Notes under the pieces: model-generated
Told to the model about the DNA's origin: nothing
Database searches by the model: none
What the model saw: the letters and a program-made list of their open reading frames with translations, nothing else
Shown: one piece after another, positions 9,096 through 17,575 of the stretch
Numbering within the stretch: the stretch's first letter is position 1
Layout: the number at the start of each line of letters is the position of its first letter
Assembly (NCBI GenBank): GCA_047516685.1
Contig: JAKZUJ010000062.1
Coordinates: forward strand, 1 to 55,058
DNA: 55,058 nt
Direction of reading: 5' to 3'
Source: Chloroflexota bacterium
GTDB taxonomy: Bacteria; Chloroflexota; UBA11872
Made by a program: the position numbers and the translations under genes

Positions 9096-10157
9096 TCACT
9101 TTTGAGCCTGGGTCAGCACCTCGACGCCTTCGGCGCCGACCACGACCAGGTCTTCAATCCGCACGCCGCCCCAACCCGGCAGATAAATGCCCGGTTCGAC
9201 CGACACCACCGCACCAGCATCCAGCACGTTCCCGCCCCGTGGCGACAGCGTGGGCGCCTCGTGAATCTCCAGCCCCACGCCGTGGCCCGTGCCATGACCG
9301 AAATTCCCGCCGTAGCCCGCGTCGGTTATTACCTGGCGAGCCAGCGCGTCGGCCTGGCGCCCCGTCATTCCCGCGCGCGCCCCTGACTCCGTGGCCGCTT
9401 GCGCCTCCAACACGATTCCGTAAATCTCGTCGAACCGACCGTCGGCGCCGCCCGCCGTAAACGTCCGCGTGATGTCCGAGCAGTAGCCGTCCAGCCGCAC
9501 CCCAAGGTCGACAATCACCGGCTCGCCCGCCCCAATGGGGCGCATGCCTGGCGAGTGGTGCGCCATCGCCGCATTGGGTCCGCCGGCCACGATCGTCGGA
9601 AACGACGGACCGTCGCCGGCTTCGCGAATCAAGCGCTCCAATTCCAGCGACAGATCACGCTCGGTCATCCCGGCCGTCACCGTCTCGCCCGCCGCCGCCA
9701 TCACCTCGTCCGCCAGTCGCACCGCTGCACGTAGAAGAGCAAGCTCGCCCTCGTCCTTCACGATGCGTTGATTCTCCACCAGACCGTCCAGCGGCTTCAC
9801 TTCCGCGGTCCGCGACTCCCTGGTCAGACGCTCGAGAAGCTCACGATGCTGCTTCAGCGACGTGTGCTCGGATTCGACCCCAAGCCCATTGATGTCGCGC
9901 TCGCCGACCCAGGCCGCCACCACGCCAAGCGTGTCCACGTTCTCGATCACGTCGAAACCCGGGGCTTGCTGCTTCGCCTGCACGGTGTAGCGGGAATCCG
10001 TCACCAGCCGCCGATCCTGCGTCGAGATCAGCAACGTCGCCGCCGTCCCGGTAAATCCGCTCACGTAACGCCGGTTGGCCTCGCCGGTCACCAGCATGGC
10101 GTCCACGCCAAGCTCGTCCAGGCGCGCGGCCAGCCGATCAGTCCGAGCGGCCGTCAG
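9096..10157 (-). CDS. Xaa-Pro aminopeptidase / M24 family peptidase
   Basis: NRRYVSGFTG, TDSRY, DLG...GYCSDITRT, HGTGHGVGLEIHE, EPGIYLPGWGGVRIED. Start is uncertain (CTG at 10157 proposed). Confidence 0.93.
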   Translation of the reverse strand: MTAARTDRLAARLDELGVDAMLVTGEANRRYVSGFTGTAATLLISTQDRRLVTDSRYTVQAKQQAPGFDVIENVDTLGVVAAWVGERDINGLGVESEHTSLKQHRELLERLTRESRTAEVKPLDGLVENQRIVKDEGELALLRAAVRLADEVMAAAGETVTAGMTERDLSLELERLIREAGDGPSFPTIVAGGPNAAMAHHSPGMRPIGAGEPVIVDLGVRLDGYCSDITRTFTAGGADGRFDEIYGIVLEAQAATESGARAGMTGRQADALARQVITDAGYGGNFGHGTGHGVGLEIHEAPTLSPRGGNVLDAGAVVSVEPGIYLPGWGGVRIEDLVVVGAEGVEVLTQAQK

Positions 10158-11203
10158 TTCAGATAGCGCTCGATGTTGCGTGTGTGTTCCTCCAGGGTGT
10201 CGGAAAACGCGTGCGAACCGTCCCCGCGCGCGACAAAGAAGATGTAGGACGACGATTCGGGTCGGGCCGCCGCAATGATCGAGGCCAATCCGGGCGCGGC
10301 AATCGGCCCCGGCGGCAGCCCGTTGATCACGTAGGTATTGTACGGAGACTGCGTGCGCAGGTCGTCGCCGTTGATATCCGGCTTCCACCACCTGGATCCC
10401 AGGCCGGTCTGGCCAATCGCGTACTGCGCGGTCGGATCGGCCTGCAGCGGGATACCCCGCGCCAGCCGGTTGTGGAAGACACTCGAAATCAGCGCCCGCT
10501 CGCTATCCAGCACGGCCTCCCGCTCGATGATGGCAGCCAGCGTTATCAGTTCATGCACCGACAGCCCGTGGTCCGCCGCGTCCGCTCGAATCTCCGGCGT
10601 GACGACCTCGTCGAACCGCCGCAGCATGCGCTGCATCAGATTCCGGGCATTCGACGACCCGGCGATCTGGTAGGTGTCTGGAAACAGATAGCCCTCCAGC
10701 GACTGCCCGGGCGGCATGCCGGCCAGGAAGTCGAAGTCAGCCGCGAACGCCGCCCCATCGCGCGCCAGCCGCAGGAACTCCAGGTCATCAATCTCGGTCT
10801 GCTCCGCCAGCCGCTCGGCGATCTCCTCCAGCCGCCATCCCTCGGGAAACGTCACCGTCTGGTCCACGGCAGCGGCCGTGCTGAGCGTGCGCACGATCTC
10901 ATCCAATGTCATGTCCGAGCGCAGCAGAAACGTGCCCTGTCGAAAGGCCCCTTCCAGTCCTCGGCGCTCCACCAACACTTGAAACAGGAGATCGCTGCGG
11001 ATCAGGCTTGCCTCGCTTAGCCCCTGCGCGACGTCCGACGCGGTTGCGCCCACTGGGATCGTGAACGGTACCGTGCGTGCGGCCACTGCCGCCGGCGACT
11101 CGGCAAATCGGGCCGCAGCCGAATAGGCCAGCAACAGCACCCCTGCCAGCGTCAGCAGCCCGATGCCAAACGCCTGCGAAATCGCGCTGACGCGGCTCAG
11201 CAT
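10154..11203 (-). CDS. mltG: Endolytic transglycosylase MltG
   Basis: N-terminal TM; TFPEG, LEGYLFPDTY, AAIIERE, VFHNRL, LQADPT, SPYNTY, GLPPGPI. Confidence 0.96.
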   Translation of the reverse strand: MLSRVSAISQAFGIGLLTLAGVLLLAYSAAARFAESPAAVAARTVPFTIPVGATASDVAQGLSEASLIRSDLLFQVLVERRGLEGAFRQGTFLLRSDMTLDEIVRTLSTAAAVDQTVTFPEGWRLEEIAERLAEQTEIDDLEFLRLARDGAAFAADFDFLAGMPPGQSLEGYLFPDTYQIAGSSNARNLMQRMLRRFDEVVTPEIRADAADHGLSVHELITLAAIIEREAVLDSERALISSVFHNRLARGIPLQADPTAQYAIGQTGLGSRWWKPDINGDDLRTQSPYNTYVINGLPPGPIAAPGLASIIAAARPESSSYIFFVARGDGSHAFSDTLEEHTRNIERYLN

Positions 11204-11664
11204 GACGTCTCGCTCCTCAGGTAATCCAGCAGCAGAATCTCCGCGGCGCGCGCGTCCACGTTGGCGTCGTCGGCGCCTGCCTGCTGGGCGGCCTGTGTAG
11301 TCAAATACTCGTCCTTCCAGATGACAGGCTCGCCGCGGCCTTGCAAGAGCTGTGCAGCCCAGCGGCGACTGCGCGCGGCCTGTGTGCCTTCGCTTCCGTC
11401 CTTATTCAACGGCAGGCCGACCACAAGCGTTGCGCCGGGATAGACGTCCAATATGGCGCCCAGCGCCGTTCGATCATTGCTACCGCCAGTTCGCTTCAGA
11501 ACTCGCCGCATCGTCACGAACGATCCACCCGCGTCCGTCATGGCAAAGCCTATCCGGCGTTCACCCAGGTCCAGCGCCCCCACTCGCCGTCCCAGCGCGG
11601 GTGGCGGGAGCTCGGGATCATGCGCCCGAGCTGGAGATTGGTTGCGGCGCTTCGACTTGGACAT
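11197..11664 (-). CDS. ruvX: YqgF/RuvX family nuclease (pre-16S rRNA maturation)
   Basis: ALDLGERRIGFAMTD, VVGLPLNKDG, DEYLTT, VDARAAEILL. Start is uncertain (11664 or 11583). Confidence 0.92.
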   Translation of the reverse strand: MSKSKRRNQSPARAHDPELPPPALGRRVGALDLGERRIGFAMTDAGGSFVTMRRVLKRTGGSNDRTALGAILDVYPGATLVVGLPLNKDGSEGTQAARSRRWAAQLLQGRGEPVIWKDEYLTTQAAQQAGADDANVDARAAEILLLDYLRSETSC

Positions 11665-13024
11665 CAATACGAAACCCGATCCTCGGAAAGTTCGACGTGT
11701 CGACTGGATCATGGGTCACCGTCACGCGGTCGACGCCCGGCAGTGCCCGTAGCGCCTGCAGCCCTTCGCCCAGCGACTGCCCGGCCACCGTCTTGCGTAC
11801 CTGGTCGTGGTCGATGGTGTCCACCGCCTCGGCGATCGCCTGCACACGCAGATCAAGCACGCCCTGGCGTTCACCCAGCACCTCAGTGTCCACCACCCGC
11901 ACCGAGTCGATCTCAAACCCCTGGCCATCCAGCGAGTCCCGCAGGCGCTGCCGCAGCACGGCTTCCAAGTCCTCCGTGGAGAACGCCGTGCCCAGTGCTC
12001 GAATCTCCATTGACAGCGTAAGTTCCGCCGCGTGGTCATCGGGATCGGCGCTGAACTCGCGCCGCAGTATCTGCGGGTTCCCGGTCGCGGGCGACCAGAC
12101 AATTAGCGTCTGATTGGTCGGGCGGTCACGCCGCAGATGTTCGGTGGCCGCGCTCTGCAGGCGCTCGCTAAGCAGGTCGCTAAGTTCGGTCAGGTCGCGC
12201 TGAGACACCAGCGTGACTTCCCGCTCGGAGCCGCCTTCCAGCGGCTGCGGGTTGAACGCCTCCAGCGCGCCGCCAAAAGGACCGGCCACCGTGGTGATCG
12301 CCAACGCCGGCGCATTCCCCGCCAGACCCGCCGCCTCGGCCGTCACGGCCACGATGGCCTCCCCAGGCACATCACGTCCGCCGACCTGCAGCGTGGGTGG
12401 CACCAGAAACTCAGCGTCCGTCAGGAACCCTGTGCCGTCGGCGGTCATCACTCGCGACCCTACCGGTAACACCACGGCCTGACGCGTCCGATTGCGAATC
12501 GTGACCAAGCCCCGGGCAACTCCCTGAGCCTCGCGCCGTCGGCCCGTCGTTGGCTTGGTCAGTGAGTCCTGAACGGTGGCGTCCATGACAGTCGCCGGCA
12601 CTATGCCTCGCTCGATGTCAAGCGAGCCGGCGTCCGGATCAATCCGCACCGTTGCGTCAATCGGCAGCCGCTTGACGTTCGGGACCACCACAACCGTGCT
12701 GGACGGCGCAATGAAGTATTGAAAGGCCACGACCAGGGCCAGTACCGCCGCCAGCCCACCCACAAGCGCCACCAGAGTCTGTCGCGACATTGGCTCCCGC
12801 CAGAGACGAGTGGGCACGACGGTCGAGCGTGGAAGTCGCCAACTGGTGAACCTCGCAGTCGAATCGTCGGTCTGAAGCCGCTCGAACACCGCGCCTCGGC
12901 TGGTGCCGGCTGATCCATGGTCGCTCCGCCGGGATTTGCGGGAGACCCGCCAGTCGCGGTTCGTGGATTCCGCGCGGTGCACGCGCCGCGCCACACCGGA
13001 ACGACGGTCCCTTACGGCGCGCAT
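11618..13024 (-). CDS. Membrane-anchored protein with baseplate J/gp47-like domain
   Basis: One TM helix, then ARGLVTIRN...LPVGSRVMTADGTGFLT...VTAEAAGLAGN...NPQPLEGG, the baseplate-J-like signature. Alternative start at 12790. Confidence 0.65.
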   Translation of the reverse strand: MRAVRDRRSGVARRVHRAESTNRDWRVSRKSRRSDHGSAGTSRGAVFERLQTDDSTARFTSWRLPRSTVVPTRLWREPMSRQTLVALVGGLAAVLALVVAFQYFIAPSSTVVVVPNVKRLPIDATVRIDPDAGSLDIERGIVPATVMDATVQDSLTKPTTGRRREAQGVARGLVTIRNRTRQAVVLPVGSRVMTADGTGFLTDAEFLVPPTLQVGGRDVPGEAIVAVTAEAAGLAGNAPALAITTVAGPFGGALEAFNPQPLEGGSEREVTLVSQRDLTELSDLLSERLQSAATEHLRRDRPTNQTLIVWSPATGNPQILRREFSADPDDHAAELTLSMEIRALGTAFSTEDLEAVLRQRLRDSLDGQGFEIDSVRVVDTEVLGERQGVLDLRVQAIAEAVDTIDHDQVRKTVAGQSLGEGLQALRALPGVDRVTVTHDPVDTSNFPRIGFRIDVQVEAPQPISSSGA

Positions 13025-15642
13025 GTCTCACCCGCCGCGTCCGACACATAGGCGCGTCCAGCCTCCAGCGCCGCCGGGATTCGTGATGGGTCCCTGCCGC
13101 CGGCCATGGCCAGCTCAGGCCGGCCGCCGCCGCCGCCGCCCGCCGTCTGCGCCATTGCTCGGGCGAGCGCGCCGGCGTTCACGCCCAACGTCACGGCCTC
13201 GTCCGACGCCGCCGCCACAAACGCTGGCCGTTCTTCAATAGTGGCCGCCAGCACGATCACCCAGGGAGTAGCCAGCCGCTGACGCAGATCGTCGCTGAGC
13301 CCACGCAATCCCTCGCGGTTCGTAACCGACGTGTGAGCCGCAACCAGCGAGATGGGGCCCACGGATATCGCTTCGGACGCCAGGCTGGCGGCCTGCCGCC
13401 GAGCGTCGGCGCGTTCTGCCGCCTGCAATCGCCGCCGCAGGTCCGCCTGCTGCTCCAGGAGCCGTTCCACGCGCTCAGGCGCCTCGGCGGGCGCGGACTC
13501 AAGCTGTCGGGCAACCCCCGCCAGGAGATCCTGGCTTCGCTCCACAAACGCAACCGCCCCGGCACCGGTCACCGCCTCAATCCGGCGAACCCCCGCCGCA
13601 ATCCCGGACTCCTGCACGATCGCGAACAGTCCGATCTGGTTGCTGGAGAGGCAGTGCGTCCCACCGCACAGCTCCCGGCTGATCCCACCCATCGCGACCA
13701 TTCGAACCTCTTCGCCATACTTCTCGCCGAAAAGCGCCATCGCCCCGGCTTCAACAGCCTTCTGCACTTCCGTCAGCTCGGTCACCAGCCGGTGGTCGCG
13801 CAGGATCTGCGAGTTCACCCAGCTCTGAATCTCACGCAGCTGGCCGTCGGTCACTGGCGCCGGATTCGTGAAGTCGAACCGCAGCCGGTCCGGCGCCACC
13901 AGTGAGCCCGCCTGGCGGACGTGATCGCCCAGCGTGCGCCGCAGCCCGGCGTGCAGCAGGTGGGTCGCGGTGTGATTGCGCATGATGTTGAAACGCCGCT
14001 CGCGGTCCACCCGCGCCGTCACGCGCTCGCCCACCGCCAGGCGGCCGTGCGCCACCTCGCCAACGGCAATGACAGTGCCCTCGGGATTCTTGAGCGTGCC
14101 CGTCACGCGGGCGGCGCCGTTCGGACCTTCCAGCAGGCCGGTGTCGCCCACCTGACCGCCGGACTCCCCGTAGAACGGCGTCTGGTCCAGCACCACCATC
14201 ACCTGGCCGTCCGGCGTGACGCCGTCCAGCAACTCGCCGTCGCGAGCCAGGGCCACGATCGTGCCCGATCCCTCGGTTACAAAGTCGTAGCCCAGGAACA
14301 CGGTCTCCCCAAAGCCGGACGGCAGATCGCGTGCCTGTCCGTCGGACTGCGCGGCGCGGCTGCGCGCCTGCTGTTCGGCCAGCGCGGCGTTGAAACCCGC
14401 TTCGTCAACGCCCACCCCGCGGGTCGCCGCGATGTCCTTGGTGATATCCGGCGGGAAGCCAAACGTGTCGTACAGCTCGAACATCCGCGCGCCGGCCACC
14501 CGGCCGCCCGGCGGAACGCTGGCCAGCAGGTCGTCCAGCCGCGCCACTCCCGCATCCAACGTCCGGCGAAATCGCTGCTCCTCGTCGCCGACCACGCTGC
14601 GGATGAAGTCCGCCCGCGGCAGCAGGTCCTCGTACCCCTCCTCGCACATGACATCGATGGCTGAGGCGACCACGGGCGCCAGGGCGTCCGACTCGATACC
14701 CAGCTGCCGCGCGTGCCGCACGCCCTGCCGAATGCCGCGCCGCAGGATGTAGCCGCGGCCTTCGTTGCCCGGCATCACCCCGTCGCCAATCAGAAACGCC
14801 GCCGCCCGGCTGTGTTGGGCGATTACCCGCAGCGAGCGCCCGCTCTCCCGGTCGGCCTCGTACGCCAGGCCCGCCCGGCCCGCCGCCGTCTGCAGCAGCG
14901 GCCACCATGTGTCTGTCTCGTATATCGAATTGACGCCCTGCAGCACCACCGCCCAGCGCTCCAGGCCGGCCCCCGTGTCCACGCCGTGCTGCTCCAGCGG
15001 CGTCAACTCGCCCTCCGCAGATTTGAAGTACTGGTTGAACACCAGGTTCCAGATTTCGAGATACTGCTCAGGCGCCGCCAGCGGTCCCACGTCGGGCAAA
15101 TCGGGCCGCAGATTCACGTGAAGCTCGGATGTCGGCCCGCAGGGGCCGCTGTCGCCGGTCGGCCCCCAGAAGTTGTCCTCGCCGGCGTAGGCAATGCGTT
15201 CACGCGGATGCCCCAGGTCCGCCCAGATATCCGCCGCTTCCTCATCGCGAGGCACGCCCGGGCTACCCTCGTACACCGTGGCCCAGACCCGGTCGGGCTC
15301 GATCCCGATCACGTCCTGCACCAACTCGCGCGCCCAGGCAATCGCCTCCTCCTTGAAGTAATCGCCAAAGCTGAAGTTGCCCAGCATTTCGAAGAACGTG
15401 AGGTGACTCAGGTCGCCCACTTCGTCCAGGTCCGTCGTTCGGAAGCACTTCTGCACCGTGGCGATCCGCGGAAAGGGCGAAGCGCGTTCGCCGCTGAAGT
15501 ACGGCTTGAACTGCTGCATGCCGGCAGAGGTCAGCAGCACGCTCGGATCGCCAACCGGTACCAGCGAGGAACTGGGCAGCACGCGGTGCCCGCGCTCGGC
15601 AAAGAACGTCAGGAAGTGGTCGCGGATTTCGGCGGTGGTCAT
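13012..15642 (-). CDS. alaS: Alanine-tRNA ligase
   Basis: HLTFFEMLGNFSFGDYFK, EIWNLVF, DTGAGLER, editing-site NHTATHLLH and ELCGGTH, C-terminal GGGGGRP. Confidence 0.98.
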   Translation of the reverse strand: MTTAEIRDHFLTFFAERGHRVLPSSSLVPVGDPSVLLTSAGMQQFKPYFSGERASPFPRIATVQKCFRTTDLDEVGDLSHLTFFEMLGNFSFGDYFKEEAIAWARELVQDVIGIEPDRVWATVYEGSPGVPRDEEAADIWADLGHPRERIAYAGEDNFWGPTGDSGPCGPTSELHVNLRPDLPDVGPLAAPEQYLEIWNLVFNQYFKSAEGELTPLEQHGVDTGAGLERWAVVLQGVNSIYETDTWWPLLQTAAGRAGLAYEADRESGRSLRVIAQHSRAAAFLIGDGVMPGNEGRGYILRRGIRQGVRHARQLGIESDALAPVVASAIDVMCEEGYEDLLPRADFIRSVVGDEEQRFRRTLDAGVARLDDLLASVPPGGRVAGARMFELYDTFGFPPDITKDIAATRGVGVDEAGFNAALAEQQARSRAAQSDGQARDLPSGFGETVFLGYDFVTEGSGTIVALARDGELLDGVTPDGQVMVVLDQTPFYGESGGQVGDTGLLEGPNGAARVTGTLKNPEGTVIAVGEVAHGRLAVGERVTARVDRERRFNIMRNHTATHLLHAGLRRTLGDHVRQAGSLVAPDRLRFDFTNPAPVTDGQLREIQSWVNSQILRDHRLVTELTEVQKAVEAGAMALFGEKYGEEVRMVAMGGISRELCGGTHCLSSNQIGLFAIVQESGIAAGVRRIEAVTGAGAVAFVERSQDLLAGVARQLESAPAEAPERVERLLEQQADLRRRLQAAERADARRQAASLASEAISVGPISLVAAHTSVTNREGLRGLSDDLRQRLATPWVIVLAATIEERPAFVAAASDEAVTLGVNAGALARAMAQTAGGGGGGRPELAMAGGRDPSRIPAALEAGRAYVSDAAGETCAP

Positions 15643-15675
15643 CGGGTGGTCCCCAGGCCGGCCCGGCCCGCAACA

Positions 15676-15712
15676 CAAAGAAAGACCGACGGAAGCTGCC
15701 TCCCGATCAGCC
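15676..15712 (-). terminator. Possible intrinsic terminator upstream of alaS
   Basis: Minus strand GCTGATCGGGAGGCAGCTTCCGTCGGTC can form a GU-rich hairpin and is followed by TTTCTTTGT. Confidence 0.3.
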
Positions 15713-15746
15713 TTAAAACACTTGCGAGCCGTGGGTCATGCCAGCG

Positions 15747-15866
15747 CTATGTCAAGTCCTCCATCGGTTGATCGGTCCCATTCGCGGAGCGCATCACGAC
15801 CAGGGCGTATCCCGCCGCCAGTCCGATCAGAAACCCCAGGATCAGTTTCGCCAATCGGACAACCAT
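15747..15866 (-). CDS. Small single-TM protein, 39 aa (below the ORF-track cutoff)
   Basis: MVVRLAKLILGFLIGLAAGYALVVMRSANGTDQPMEDLT*; GGAG/GGGG purine tracts upstream of the ATG; co-oriented with its neighbours. Confidence 0.6.
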   Translation of the reverse strand: MVVRLAKLILGFLIGLAAGYALVVMRSANGTDQPMEDLT

Positions 15867-15974
15867 TGTCCGAGTCCCCAGTCTCCATCGTGTACGAAAA
15901 AGCTAGCACAGTTTTCAGGGCGGCCACGGCCGAGTTTAGGCGCCCGCCGTACGCACCGAGCCACCCGGCCGCGG

Positions 15975-16241
15975 TCAAGTCAGCACCAGATGCGCAACCA
16001 GCAAACCCACCAGGCAGCCCACGAATGCGCCGAGGATCGGCAGGCCGCCAATCGCCAGATACGTGGCGCCAATAGCTCCGGCGGCCAGCGCGCCACCGGC
16101 GAACCCGGCAACCCCGAACGGCCAGTAAAAAAACCCCGACTGCTCCCGCCGTCCCACCACGGCGTGAAACGTGAAGCTCACGAACGTTGCCAGCAGCAGG
16201 CCCAGATACACGGGCAGCGGAATCAAGAACAGCAAGTCCAC
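15975..16241 (-). CDS. Small hydrophobic membrane protein (~3 TM)
   Basis: GTG start 2 nt after the iscS stop; 88 aa, almost wholly hydrophobic and Gly-rich. Confidence 0.75.
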   Translation of the reverse strand: MDLLFLIPLPVYLGLLLATFVSFTFHAVVGRREQSGFFYWPFGVAGFAGGALAAGAIGATYLAIGGLPILGAFVGCLVGLLVAHLVLT

Positions 16242-16243
16242 GC

Positions 16244-17425
16244 TTACACCGACCCTCGCGCCGTGGCTGGCATGGCTTGCAGCTCCCGTGCATGGCCCAC
16301 AATCGCGTCGCCGGCCCGGGCCACGTCGCCCAGCGTCGTGGCCCGCCCCACCGTGCAGCGCAGCGAACCTCGTCGGTAGGCTGCCGGCAGCCCCAGCGCC
16401 TCGATCACGTGCGACGGCTCCAGCGAACCCGATGTGCACGCGGCGCCGCTGGACACGGCAATTCCCTCCAGGTCAAGGCGGATCAACAACGACTCGGCGT
16501 CGATACCCGGAAACGCAAACGGCGCAAACGCTGGCAGCCGCCGCTCCGGATCGCCGGTCACACACACCTCCGGACACCCGGCCGCCACCCGCGCTATCAG
16601 CGCCGCGCTCAGCGCGCGCATGTCGGCGGTCCGACATCCGCGCGTGGCTTCCGCGCGGTCCACGGCCTCGCCCAGCCCCACGATTCCCGGCACGTTTTCG
16701 GTCCCCGCCCGGCGGTCGCGTTCCTGCGCACCGCCAAAAGACCTCCGCTCCACGTTCACGCCTGCGCGCGTGTACAACGCGCCGACCCCTTTGGGACCGT
16801 AGAGCTTATGCGCGGACAAACTTAACAGGTCGACTTCCAGCCGATCAACACTTATGTCGAGTTGTCCGGCCGCCTGCACCGCGTCCGTGTGCACGCGGGC
16901 GCCCGCGTCATGCGCGATCCGCGCAAGCACCGGAATGTCCTGAATCGTGCCGACCTCGTTGTTCGCCAGCCCAATGCTGACCAGCACCGTGTCGGGGCGA
17001 ACGGCGGCCGCGAGGTCACCCGGATTGACGCGGCCGGTCTGATCGACTGCAAGCTCGGTCACCTCAAAGCCGCGCGCCCGCAGCGAACGCGCCGCAAACA
17101 GCACCGCATGGTGCTCGATCGCCGTGGTCACCACGTGCCGCCCGCGCGCCGACCCGGCCAGGGCGCCACCGATAACCGCCAGGTTGTCCGCCTCGGTGCC
17201 GCCGCTCGTAAAAACAATCTCGCCCTCGCGGCAGCCCAGCACATGGGCAACCTGCTGCCGTGCCGTATCCACGGCTTCGCGGGCCCGCCGCCCGGGCCCA
17301 TGCACGCTCGACGGGTTGCCGGCGTCGGTCCAGAAGTACGGCCGCATGACCTCGAACACCGCCGGATCCAGCGGCGTCGTCGCGGCGTGGTCGAGGTAGA
17401 TGTGCCTACCGGCTCGCTGCGTCAC
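16244..17425 (-). CDS. iscS: Cysteine desulfurase (IscS/NifS type)
   Basis: IYLDHAATTP, GNPSS, FTSGGTE, HTDAVQ, SAHKLYGPKG, SSGAACTS; GAGG RBS before the GTG. Confidence 0.95.
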   Translation of the reverse strand: MTQRAGRHIYLDHAATTPLDPAVFEVMRPYFWTDAGNPSSVHGPGRRAREAVDTARQQVAHVLGCREGEIVFTSGGTEADNLAVIGGALAGSARGRHVVTTAIEHHAVLFAARSLRARGFEVTELAVDQTGRVNPGDLAAAVRPDTVLVSIGLANNEVGTIQDIPVLARIAHDAGARVHTDAVQAAGQLDISVDRLEVDLLSLSAHKLYGPKGVGALYTRAGVNVERRSFGGAQERDRRAGTENVPGIVGLGEAVDRAEATRGCRTADMRALSAALIARVAAGCPEVCVTGDPERRLPAFAPFAFPGIDAESLLIRLDLEGIAVSSGAACTSGSLEPSHVIEALGLPAAYRRGSLRCTVGRATTLGDVARAGDAIVGHARELQAMPATARGSV

Positions 17426-17575
17426 AACCTCAGTATCCCGTCGTTTAGTCAAGCGTCTGACATTCGCGCCCACCCGGCACAATCTTCACGCGTGGGCAAC
17501 ACGGCAACATGCGCATTGAAAATTCCTGTGAGGTTTGTAACGTAAACGGACCAATGAGGCGTTAACCTAGCGGCC

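Noticed and set aside
11618-13024. Prophage
   Set aside because: Only one baseplate-like gene; no integrase, terminase, capsid or att sites.
15643-15975. T-box riboswitch before alaS
   Set aside because: No AGGTGGNACCGCG T-box or stem I motifs found; part of the space is better explained by a small ORF.
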